From positions 1,910 through 65,909 of the forward strand of contig CAMJAP010000001.1 in NCBI GenBank assembly GCA_946403625.1: a stretch of 64,000 nucleotides of DNA. Reading direction: 5' to 3'. The translations under genes and the position numbers were made by a program. Positions 45,387 to 53,532 of the stretch are shown in pieces (position 1 is the first letter of the stretch; every line of letters starts with the position of its first letter). A model generated the notes under the pieces. That model worked only from the letters and a program-made list of their open reading frames with translations, did no database searches and was not told the origin of the DNA. Source of the stretch: an uncultured Lachnospiraceae bacterium. Its GTDB lineage: Bacteria > Bacillota > Clostridia > Lachnospirales > Lachnospiraceae.

Positions 45387-45415
45387 ATTATATATCGGGT
45401 CCTCCTATTTGTCAA
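45387..45415 (-). promoter_or_regulatory. consensus sigma-A promoter of tRNA-Pro
   Basis: On the minus strand, TTGACA (45415..45410), a 17-nt spacer, then TATAAT (45392..45387). It lies 26 nt upstream of the mature tRNA 5' end. Confidence 0.7.
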
Positions 45416-45444
45416 TCACTTTTTTTGTTTTATTTTCAAACTGC

Positions 45445-45473
45445 TTGCGATTTGGTTTTATGCGTGATAAAAT
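45445..45473 (+). promoter_or_regulatory. candidate promoter of the 45528 gene
   Basis: TTGCGA (45445..45450), a 17-nt spacer, then TAAAAT (45468..45473). Confidence 0.45.
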
Positions 45474-45527
45474 AAAGCGGAAATGCAATTTGCAATATCT
45501 TCTGATTCTATAAGGGGAGGGGCTTAT

Positions 45528-47108
45528 ATGCTTAACGAAATCATCAATGACAAAAAATTTAAGATTTTTGTTATCTTGCTGGTGTTAGGTATCATGTTTA
45601 CATTTACCGCTGTGCCCGATGTCATCTCGCTCAGCAAACCGGCAACCGACATAACAAATCTTTGGGAAGCGGATATGTCTGCCTTGAAAAACGGCGCTCA
45701 TCTCTCTCTCGACATTACTTTGGTTTATGAAAACATCGGTTCCGAGATCACCACGCGCAAGACTATGGGTGTCACTACTTCCGAAAAGGAAACCGCTCAT
45801 TACTATCTGTTGCCTCTGGTCTCCACCGACAGTACCGGATTTATCTACCCGTATCCGTTCATGGTCGCAAAACTGCCCAGCAGCTACAACTCCGTTATGT
45901 CCTCGCAGATCACCAAGAGCGATGCATGGTGGGAAAACGAAGATGCTACCTTTGACCAGGTACCGAGATCCGGTGTTCATCTGGATGGCCGCCTGAAGAA
46001 AATGCCTTCCAAGATGCGTAAAGCTTTGGAAGAATCTCTGGAACAGGGCGAAACTTTTGAGGATTATTTCATTCCTTATGTATTTGAGCCGATCGCAGTA
46101 CCGTCTGCCTGCTATATTATGCTCGCACTCGGCCTGGGCTGCCTGATCGCCAGCATTGTGATCGTTCTCCTGACGATCAAATCCATCAAGGAAACCCCGA
46201 CCTTTACCCCGACCTCGGGTACCAAATATGAATACTATGGTCCGCAGGGTGCTGACCAGCCTTATCAGGGCGGTTATTCCACCACGGCAAGAACCGCAAA
46301 TATCGTAAACAAAGGTCCTTCCGTAAAAGATATGGTCGGAGGCGCTTTTGCAAACTCCGGTTCCCTGCCGCCCACAACACCGGCTACCCCGTTTGGCGGA
46401 CAGACCATTTCCGGATCCGATTCCGTTCTGAGCTCCTTAAAGCATCGTGAACAGCCGAAGATGCCGGAAGCTCAGCCGTATGTTTCACCGTTTACCCCTG
46501 CCGGCGCAGATGCTTCGCAGAATCCGCTTTACGGCAGCACCGTTACTCCGGCCGGCGCAGATGCCGCAGCCAATCCGCTTTATGGCGGTGCCGCAACTCC
46601 GACGGCTCCGGAAGAATATGTTTCCCCTCTGGCGAACCAGGGCGCGAATCTGAACTACAATCCCGCTTACGGACAGGCTCCGGGCGAGAACTATGCTGCA
46701 CCGGTTGCAAATGAGATCACCGCCGATGCACTTGCCGCAAACTCCCAGTTCCTGGGTGGTATGAATATGGATCCGATGCTCGCACAGACCGCACCGATCG
46801 CACCGCCTACCAACCCGCTGGAAACTGCCGAGAACCAGAACGGCCCGGCCGGCGGACTGAATCCGGCATTGACCGGCCAGCGCGTTCAGCCGTCACCGTA
46901 CACACAGCCCACCGTAACGCCTTATGCTACTCCGGATGCAGCACAATATGCCTCTCAGCAGCAGGCCGCAGGGCAGTATACACAGCCGACTCCGGCACCG
47001 TACGCCCCGCAGGAAGCTGCACCGTATACGCAGCCGACTCCGGCCCCGTACACACAGCCGTTACCGGCTCCGGGACAGAATTACGCTTCGAACAACAACG
47101 GACAGTAA
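45528..47108 (+). CDS. membrane protein with long Pro/Gln/Ala/Tyr-rich repetitive C-terminal tail
   Basis: The ATG at 45528 follows GGGGAGGGG. TMs are FKIFVILLVLGIMFTFTAV and CYIMLALGLGCLIASIVIVLLTI. The last ~290 aa are low complexity with 17-aa and 16-aa tandem repeats. Confidence 0.6.
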   Translation: MLNEIINDKKFKIFVILLVLGIMFTFTAVPDVISLSKPATDITNLWEADMSALKNGAHLSLDITLVYENIGSEITTRKTMGVTTSEKETAHYYLLPLVSTDSTGFIYPYPFMVAKLPSSYNSVMSSQITKSDAWWENEDATFDQVPRSGVHLDGRLKKMPSKMRKALEESLEQGETFEDYFIPYVFEPIAVPSACYIMLALGLGCLIASIVIVLLTIKSIKETPTFTPTSGTKYEYYGPQGADQPYQGGYSTTARTANIVNKGPSVKDMVGGAFANSGSLPPTTPATPFGGQTISGSDSVLSSLKHREQPKMPEAQPYVSPFTPAGADASQNPLYGSTVTPAGADAAANPLYGGAATPTAPEEYVSPLANQGANLNYNPAYGQAPGENYAAPVANEITADALAANSQFLGGMNMDPMLAQTAPIAPPTNPLETAENQNGPAGGLNPALTGQRVQPSPYTQPTVTPYATPDAAQYASQQQAAGQYTQPTPAPYAPQEAAPYTQPTPAPYTQPLPAPGQNYASNNNGQ

Positions 47109-47116
47109 ATACACAG

Positions 47117-47151
47117 CAAAAAAGAACGGTTCCGCGGAACCGTTCTTTTTT
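47117..47151. terminator. bidirectional terminator
   Basis: GAACGGTTC-CGC-GGAACCGTTC flanked by A6 and T6. Confidence 0.75.
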
Positions 47152-47767
47152 AGTGTTCTGTTTCTTTCAGGATTTGTTCCAGCTGCATACGGGCCTCTTC
47201 ATATTCCGTAAACAATATGCCCTGCATTCCGATAGCTACTGCCGCATCGATATTGACCTGCCGATCATCCAGGAAAACACATTCTTCTGCATTTAACTGA
47301 TACCGATCCATCAAAAGCCGGTATATCTTCGGATCCGGTTTGGCGATCTTCTCGAATGCCGAGATCACCATTCCGTCAACGACATCGGTAAAATCAAAGC
47401 GCTCCTTCTGATGAAGCAGGAAGGTGCTGCTCGGATAATTGGAAAGCAGATACACATGATATCCGCGCTCCTTCAGTTCCAGGATCCACCGACGACTGTA
47501 GGGATATGTCCCAATGATATCTACAAGGCCGTCAAAAAAGGCATTCACTTCCTCCGGATACTCCGGAACGGTTGCTTTCATATCCGCTATGATCTCTTCC
47601 GTATCTCTCACTCCGAGATCAAACTCGTCCCATAACGGATGTACAATGAAACGCTCGCCGAAAGTCTTAACGATCTCTTCGGAATATCCCAGATCGTAAC
47701 GGATGTAATCTTCCCAGCGAAACTTCGCCAGTACATTTCCGATATCAAATACAATATTCTTTATCAT
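47150..47767 (-). CDS. HAD-superfamily hydrolase
   Basis: MIKNIVFDIGNVL (the DxG variant of HAD motif I), LLSN, and the FLDD region. 205 aa. Confidence 0.85.
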   Translation of the reverse strand: MIKNIVFDIGNVLAKFRWEDYIRYDLGYSEEIVKTFGERFIVHPLWDEFDLGVRDTEEIIADMKATVPEYPEEVNAFFDGLVDIIGTYPYSRRWILELKERGYHVYLLSNYPSSTFLLHQKERFDFTDVVDGMVISAFEKIAKPDPKIYRLLMDRYQLNAEECVFLDDRQVNIDAAVAIGMQGILFTEYEEARMQLEQILKETEH

Positions 47768-48306
47768 TACTTGATTGCAATACAGGGTTCATCTTCCAGT
47801 TCCGTCCATACAGTAGGATCATAATCGAGGCATTTGTTGCCTGTGCTGTCCGTTTCGGTGATCCACATAGCGATCGGATTCATCACACCGCCCTTGTACT
47901 GGATATAGATCTCCGCATTTCCGCCATGAGTCGATGTGATAATCGTCTGATATCTGGTTTTGCTCAGATCCGGCCAGTTCAGAGAATCTCTGATCTCCTC
48001 ATAAAAGAGGGTATTGGCCGCACTGACACCGGCACCGCTCTGCAACTGTGACAACTCCACCGGAGCCGTTAAGCTGTTGATCAGAATCTGCGAATCCGGA
48101 TCCTGCACCACATTGGAATCGTTCATTGCATAAATGACCGCCTGGTACACCGCATCCAAAGATCTCAAATCCGTTGATACCTTTGACTTCTCAATATACT
48201 TGAGCAAAAACGGCGCCATAATAGCGACCAGGATCGCCATGATCGCGATCACAATGATCAACTCCACCAAAGAAAAACCCTTGTTGTTCCTCCCTAAACC
48301 TTTCAT
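47767..48306 (-). CDS. type IV pilin-like protein with prepilin-type motif (third stand-alone pilin paralogue)
   Basis: MKGLGRNNKG|FSLVELIIVIAIMAILVAIMAPFLL with Glu+5. GGGAGG RBS. Its stop overlaps the HAD start (TAATG). Confidence 0.8.
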   Translation of the reverse strand: MKGLGRNNKGFSLVELIIVIAIMAILVAIMAPFLLKYIEKSKVSTDLRSLDAVYQAVIYAMNDSNVVQDPDSQILINSLTAPVELSQLQSGAGVSAANTLFYEEIRDSLNWPDLSKTRYQTIITSTHGGNAEIYIQYKGGVMNPIAMWITETDSTGNKCLDYDPTVWTELEDEPCIAIK

Positions 48307-48431
48307 AGTATATTAACCTCCCTGTCAATACATACTACTCCCCCAATAATGTATTCTAGCACTGTACGCTACTAAATAATAGTGTTTTTATAACTTTTTT
48401 TTCGTCATTCGTCATTTACCTTTCTTTTTTC

Positions 48432-48460
48432 TTGACCGCAAAGCCGCTTTGCTTTATGAT
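48432..48460 (+). promoter_or_regulatory. sigma-A type promoter of thrH
   Basis: TTGACC (48432..48437), a 17-nt spacer, then TATGAT (48455..48460). Confidence 0.55.
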
Positions 48461-48509
48461 ACTACCGTTGAAGATAATCTGAATCGCATATAATTTGGAG
48501 GAAAATGAA

Positions 48510-49112
48510 ATGTATATCACCTGTTTGGACCTTGAAGGCGTACTCGTTCCGGAAATCTGGATTGCTTTTTCCGAAGCAAGCGGTATTCCCGAGTTGAAGC
48601 GTACCACCCGCGACGAACCGGATTATGACAAACTGATGCGTTGGCGTCTGGGTATCTTAAAAGAGCACGGATTGGGCCTGAAAGAGATTCAGGAAACGAT
48701 CGCAAAGATCGATCCGCTGCCGGGCGCAAAGGAGTTTTTGGATGAACTGCGCAGCTTCACCCAGGTGATCATCATCTCCGATACCTTTACACAGTTTGCT
48801 ACTCCGCTGATGGAAAAACTGGGCTGGCCGACCATCTTCTGCAACTCTCTGGTAGTAGCACCGAGCGGCGAGATCACGGATTTTAAGATGCGCATCGAAA
48901 ATTCCAAGCTGACTACCGTGAAGGCTCTGCAGTCCATCGGCTACGATACCATCGCCAGCGGTGACAGCTATAACGATCTGGGAATGATCCTGGCCAGCAA
49001 AGCAGGCTTCCTGTTCCGCAGCACGGAGCAGATCAAGAAAGATCATCCGGAACTGCCGGCATTTGAAGAGTATTCCGATCTGCTGAAGGCGATCAAAGAC
49101 GCAATGAACTAA
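48510..49112 (+). CDS. thrH: phosphoserine phosphatase / homoserine phosphotransferase ThrH-like (HAD family)
   Basis: MYITCLDLEGVLVPEIWIAFSE...ISDTF...GDSYND closely parallels my recollection of Pseudomonas ThrH (MEIACLDLEGVLVPEIWIAFAE...). I chose the second ATG because GGAGG is 8 nt upstream. Confidence 0.85.
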   Translation: MYITCLDLEGVLVPEIWIAFSEASGIPELKRTTRDEPDYDKLMRWRLGILKEHGLGLKEIQETIAKIDPLPGAKEFLDELRSFTQVIIISDTFTQFATPLMEKLGWPTIFCNSLVVAPSGEITDFKMRIENSKLTTVKALQSIGYDTIASGDSYNDLGMILASKAGFLFRSTEQIKKDHPELPAFEEYSDLLKAIKDAMN

Positions 49113-49117
49113 AATAA

Positions 49118-49161
49118 TACCCCTGCCTTTCCCTTATAAAGAAGGCGGGGGTATTTTCTTA
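49118..49161. terminator. bidirectional terminator between thrH and trmB
   Basis: 13-bp stem ATACCCCTGCCTT/AAGGCGGGGGTAT with one G-U pair, followed by TTTCTT. Confidence 0.7.
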
Positions 49162-49797
49162 TCTTGATATGATGTATTTGCAGATCGGATTGCCCTGGGA
49201 GGAGAATCGTTCTTCGTACTCCGTCATAACATTTCCTTCCATCATTTTTTCATCGTGATGCAGGTCATAAGTTACGGCATCGATCTGCCATTTGGTCTCT
49301 GCGATCTCTTCCACCGCAAAATCAAACAGGTCCCGGTTATCCGTCTTAAACTCGATGATACCGTCTTTTTTCAGGATCTCATCGTAGCGCTCCAAGAACT
49401 GCCGGCTGGGAAGGCGGCGTTTTGCGTGCCGGTCCTTCGGCCACGGATCCGAAAAGTTCAGATAGATCCGATCGATCTCTTCTTTTCCGAACACATCCGT
49501 GATATATTCGGCATCCATACGGATGAAACGCAGATTCGGGAGCGGATTTTCCTCCATCTTTTGCAGCGCGCGCAGCAATACGGAAGAATACTTCTCGATC
49601 CCAAGGTAATTGATCCCGGGATTCTGCGCCGCCAGCGTCATCAAAAACCGGCCCTTGCCCATTCCGATCTCCAGCCGTATGGGAGCATCATTGCCGAAAA
49701 CAACCTTCCACTGCCCTTTTCTCTTTTCCGGATCATGGATCACAAACTCATTCTCCGCGATCACTTCCCTGGATCCCGTGATATTTCTCAAACGCAT
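49159..49797 (-). CDS. trmB: tRNA (guanine46-N7)-methyltransferase
   Basis: LEIGMGKGRF (SAM motif) and FSDPWPKDRHAKRRL, the canonical TrmB motif. 212 aa. Confidence 0.92.
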   Translation of the reverse strand: MRLRNITGSREVIAENEFVIHDPEKRKGQWKVVFGNDAPIRLEIGMGKGRFLMTLAAQNPGINYLGIEKYSSVLLRALQKMEENPLPNLRFIRMDAEYITDVFGKEEIDRIYLNFSDPWPKDRHAKRRLPSRQFLERYDEILKKDGIIEFKTDNRDLFDFAVEEIAETKWQIDAVTYDLHHDEKMMEGNVMTEYEERFSSQGNPICKYIISR

Positions 49798-49881
49798 AGC
49801 TTTCCGCTCTCTTTCCTCTGGTAATATTTTAATTTTATGTGAACTATGGAATTATAACACGCGATTTGCTATAATAGCAAT

Positions 49882-51498
49882 ATGCGTTTTTATGAGAGAC
49901 ACCGGGGGGCTGCACTGTTACTGCTGAAATGCTTACTGTTGCTGATCCCCTTTTTAACTTTTTCCACCCTGCCCCTGCGGGCAAATGCTACCGCACAGGA
50001 TTTTCTGGATGAAGCCGAAGAGCGAAAAGATGATCCCGTTGAGAGCAATGACCGTACTTCCTGGCCGCAGGGTCCTGCCATCGGTGCACAGGCTGCCGTT
50101 TTGATGGATGCCGACACCGGTGCGATTTTGTATGCCAAAAATATGGATGAGGAGCTCTATCCCGCTTCCATCACCAAGCTGATGACCTGTCTGGTAGCCA
50201 TCGAAAACTGTCCCCTGGATGAAGTGATCACCGTCAACCAGTCCGCGATCAATGCCAATGAACCGGACGGTTCCCATATGTATCTGCGCGCCGGCGAACA
50301 ACTGACTCTGGAAGAACTGCTCTACGGTATCCTGATCAATTCCGCCAACGAAGCCTGTAACGCCGTCGGAGAGCACATCGGCGGATCCATTGACGGCTAC
50401 GTGGATATGATGAATGCCAAGGCGCAGGAACTGGGCTGCACGCATACGCATTTTGTGACCGCAAACGGTCTGCACAACGAAGAGCACTATACCTCGGCAC
50501 ATGATATGGCGCTCATCGCACAGGCTTTCTTTTCCTACGATGTACTGTGCCGGATGTCCAGCACCGCCAGGTATCAGATTCCGGCAACCGATCTCCACGA
50601 CGAACACAATCTGCACAGCAAGAACAAATTGTATGCCGGCGCAGAATATGCTTACGAACCCCTGGTCGGCTCCAAAACCGGCTTTACCAGTCTGTCCCGC
50701 CAGACTCTGGTATCCTGTGCACAACAGGGGGATCTGCGACTGATCTGCGTGATCCTGCGGGAGGAAAGCCCCTATCAGTTCACAGATACCGTCACCCTGT
50801 TTGATTACGGTTTCGAACATTTTCAAAAGATCCGCACCGCACAATACGAAACACGATTCGGTATCAGCAATTCCGATTTCTTTGACGGCGAAAACGATGT
50901 CTTCGGCAGCACCTCTCCTTTGATGACACTGGATGAGGATTCCCTGATCCTGCTGCCGGACACCCTTTCCTTCACCTCGTTAAACACAGCGGTCTATTAT
51001 GATAACCTGCCGGAACATGCGGTGGCACGGATCGCTTATGACTACGAAGGCATCCCTATGGGCAATGCCTATGTCATGTTAAATGCATCGGCAACCCCGG
51101 AGGTCCATTTTACCGCCGGCGCTCCCGAACAGACAGCGCCCAAAACCTATATCAATATCTATACCGTGCTGAAGGTTCTTGGTTGCATCGCCGGCGCCGT
51201 TCTTCTGTTTCTTTTGGTTTCCCGGCTGTTCAGCAATACCATTGCCCACCGGAAACGCCTGGCAAAGATCCGCAAACAGCGCGGACAGGCAACTCGTTCC
51301 CGCGGGGAGTACAGTTTCATCAAAAAGCCTTCCCGCCGTCGCAGATCAAATGTGATGAAGCGCAGTTTCTCCGATCGTTCCCGCCGGCAGAAATCGTCTT
51401 TACGCAACAAAAACGGACAGCCGAATGCTGCCCGTAAAAAATCATCCGCTTCCGGAAACCGTCCGCGCAAAACAATCCATTTCAAAGACGAAGATTAA
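49882..51498 (+). CDS. D-alanyl-D-alanine carboxypeptidase (S11, PBP5-like) with basic cytoplasmic tail
   Basis: Signal peptide, then SITKLMT (SxxK), SANEA (SxN) and KTGFT (KTG). A C-terminal TM is followed by an 88-aa Arg/Lys/Ser-rich tail. Confidence 0.88.
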   Translation: MRFYERHRGAALLLLKCLLLLIPFLTFSTLPLRANATAQDFLDEAEERKDDPVESNDRTSWPQGPAIGAQAAVLMDADTGAILYAKNMDEELYPASITKLMTCLVAIENCPLDEVITVNQSAINANEPDGSHMYLRAGEQLTLEELLYGILINSANEACNAVGEHIGGSIDGYVDMMNAKAQELGCTHTHFVTANGLHNEEHYTSAHDMALIAQAFFSYDVLCRMSSTARYQIPATDLHDEHNLHSKNKLYAGAEYAYEPLVGSKTGFTSLSRQTLVSCAQQGDLRLICVILREESPYQFTDTVTLFDYGFEHFQKIRTAQYETRFGISNSDFFDGENDVFGSTSPLMTLDEDSLILLPDTLSFTSLNTAVYYDNLPEHAVARIAYDYEGIPMGNAYVMLNASATPEVHFTAGAPEQTAPKTYINIYTVLKVLGCIAGAVLLFLLVSRLFSNTIAHRKRLAKIRKQRGQATRSRGEYSFIKKPSRRRRSNVMKRSFSDRSRRQKSSLRNKNGQPNAARKKSSASGNRPRKTIHFKDED

Positions 51499-53501
51499 AC
51501 TGCGTGATCGTATAAGAGTTTCTTGCCTTCGTTATAGAACCGGGGTCTGGTAATATCTTCCCGCAGGATCAATACGGCACCGTTCACCGTTACCTTCGTA
51601 TTCTCGTGCGCCCCGTTGGTCACTTTGATATAGACTCTTTTGGAATCTGCCACACCGCTCTCCAGCATCTCCTGCTCCTTGCGCAGCTGCCGCATTTCCT
51701 CTTTCTGCCGCTCCAAAACTTCCTGGAATTTCAGATAAACACTGTTGGTACGTCCTTTCAGCGCTCCCACTTTCTGCAGTACCATATTCATTCCGGTACG
51801 GACCTTGTCCATCTCCAGATCCAGCTTACGCTTGCGCTGCAGCAGTTCCTTCAACTTCTCCGTGGTATCCGTTACTTTTCCGGCTTCCACCTCTGTACGC
51901 ACCTGATTCGGGCTGCCGATCGTACCGGTAACGATACCGCCGATCGCCCGAACCTTTCCTCCGCAGATCAGATTCTTCTTTCCTTCCGTGCGGACCAGTT
52001 CGTTACTGAACACCATACTGTCCAGGATATAGCCGCCTTCCACATTACCGCCGGCGATCACCGTTACATTTTCATAAAAAGCCGCCACGACATTGCGTCG
52101 GGCTTCCAGTCGTCCCTTGCCGTTGCCGTTCACACCACGACGGATGATGATATCACGCCCTGCCTTAAGCAGCGCATTCTCCACAAAGCCGTCTACCTGG
52201 ATATCTCCGGTTGCCTCGATCACCACATTTTCCCGTACCGAACCGGTGATATGCACGGTTCCGTCAAAGGAAATATTACCGTTTCCGTATGCAATATCCC
52301 CCTGAAACTCCAGATACTCCACCACGACCAGCTTATCGTTCTTCAGGGTAATGTATCCTTCCTTCATGGATACATAGGTTACCGAATCCGGGAGCAGGCG
52401 CACACCGCTGCAATCCAGTCTCGGAATGTTGCGGCCGGAATGGGACAGAATCTCGATTCCTTTTATGTTATAGCCCAGCTTTCCCTGCGTTGCGGGATGA
52501 TAAAGCGCTACCTTTTCTCCGGGATGCGTTGCCGCATACTCTTTCTTGGCACGATAATCAATCGAACCATCCTCTTTGATCGTCGGACGCGTATCCGTCA
52601 GATTATCGACAAAATACTCGTACCAGCCGTCCTTGCCTTCTTCCGGCGCCGTACCTTCCGCCACCAAAAACTCCTCACCCATGGGCAGACTGCCGAGATC
52701 CGGCCCCAGGGCATCAAAATTCAGCCCGTACTCGATCCCGTAGATCTTTAACCGTGTCTCCAGATTTTTTCTTGAAAAATTGCCGGGAAGCGGCTCTGTT
52801 AATTGAATCGTGGCACGCATCAATCCGTCTGTCGTACGGATCATCAGACCGGTGTCCATATCCACCAGCGTAAAATCCATGCTCTCCGGATCTTCTTTGT
52901 AGCGTTCCTTAAACTGCTCCCGCCGCATACGCTCCATATCCGGCAGGCTATAGATAAGACGCGCATAACTGCTCACATCCAGGCCTTCCATCAGTCCCAG
53001 ACGGATCTCGCGCATCTGACTGTCTTTATAAAACTTGTTGGCGTAGTAGGTTGCATCGATCCCGTGTTCCAGACCGATCCGCACCTCACGCATCTGCCGG
53101 AATGTCAGGTCGGCACTGTCATACATGGATACATCCAGTCCGCGCTTGATCCCGGTTTCGATCTCATCGAGTTGGGCAAATCCGTAAACCGATTTGTCAT
53201 ACTCTTCCATTTTCCGTTTCCGGATAGCTTCTTCGGAAAAATCCGCATCGGACAGCAGCTTCTCTTCCTCTTCGTTCAGACTACCCATCAGTTTCTGAAA
53301 AGCCTGTTCCGAAGAAACATTCCCTACCGCCGCGATCGTATCTTCCACATTTTCCAGCGCAGAATCCAGCGCTTCCGTAATACCGCCGTTATCCTGCTGT
53401 TTTTGTACGGAATCCAAAAGATTGAGGAGATCGTCCTCACCATCATTATCAAACAACCCGTCCAGGCCTAAGAGATCATCTTCTTCGTTGATATCAGCCA
53501 T
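51495..53501 (-). CDS. FapA/DUF342-family protein
   Basis: Beta-helix-like repeats (GNVEGGYI.., GDIQVDG.., GRDIIIRRGVNG..), a C-terminal coiled coil and an acidic N-terminus. 668 aa. The family call is from overall pattern. Confidence 0.7.
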   Translation of the reverse strand: MADINEEDDLLGLDGLFDNDGEDDLLNLLDSVQKQQDNGGITEALDSALENVEDTIAAVGNVSSEQAFQKLMGSLNEEEEKLLSDADFSEEAIRKRKMEEYDKSVYGFAQLDEIETGIKRGLDVSMYDSADLTFRQMREVRIGLEHGIDATYYANKFYKDSQMREIRLGLMEGLDVSSYARLIYSLPDMERMRREQFKERYKEDPESMDFTLVDMDTGLMIRTTDGLMRATIQLTEPLPGNFSRKNLETRLKIYGIEYGLNFDALGPDLGSLPMGEEFLVAEGTAPEEGKDGWYEYFVDNLTDTRPTIKEDGSIDYRAKKEYAATHPGEKVALYHPATQGKLGYNIKGIEILSHSGRNIPRLDCSGVRLLPDSVTYVSMKEGYITLKNDKLVVVEYLEFQGDIAYGNGNISFDGTVHITGSVRENVVIEATGDIQVDGFVENALLKAGRDIIIRRGVNGNGKGRLEARRNVVAAFYENVTVIAGGNVEGGYILDSMVFSNELVRTEGKKNLICGGKVRAIGGIVTGTIGSPNQVRTEVEAGKVTDTTEKLKELLQRKRKLDLEMDKVRTGMNMVLQKVGALKGRTNSVYLKFQEVLERQKEEMRQLRKEQEMLESGVADSKRVYIKVTNGAHENTKVTVNGAVLILREDITRPRFYNEGKKLLYDHAV

Positions 53502-53532
53502 TTGCGAATCTCCCCGTCGTATGAGTGTCAGA

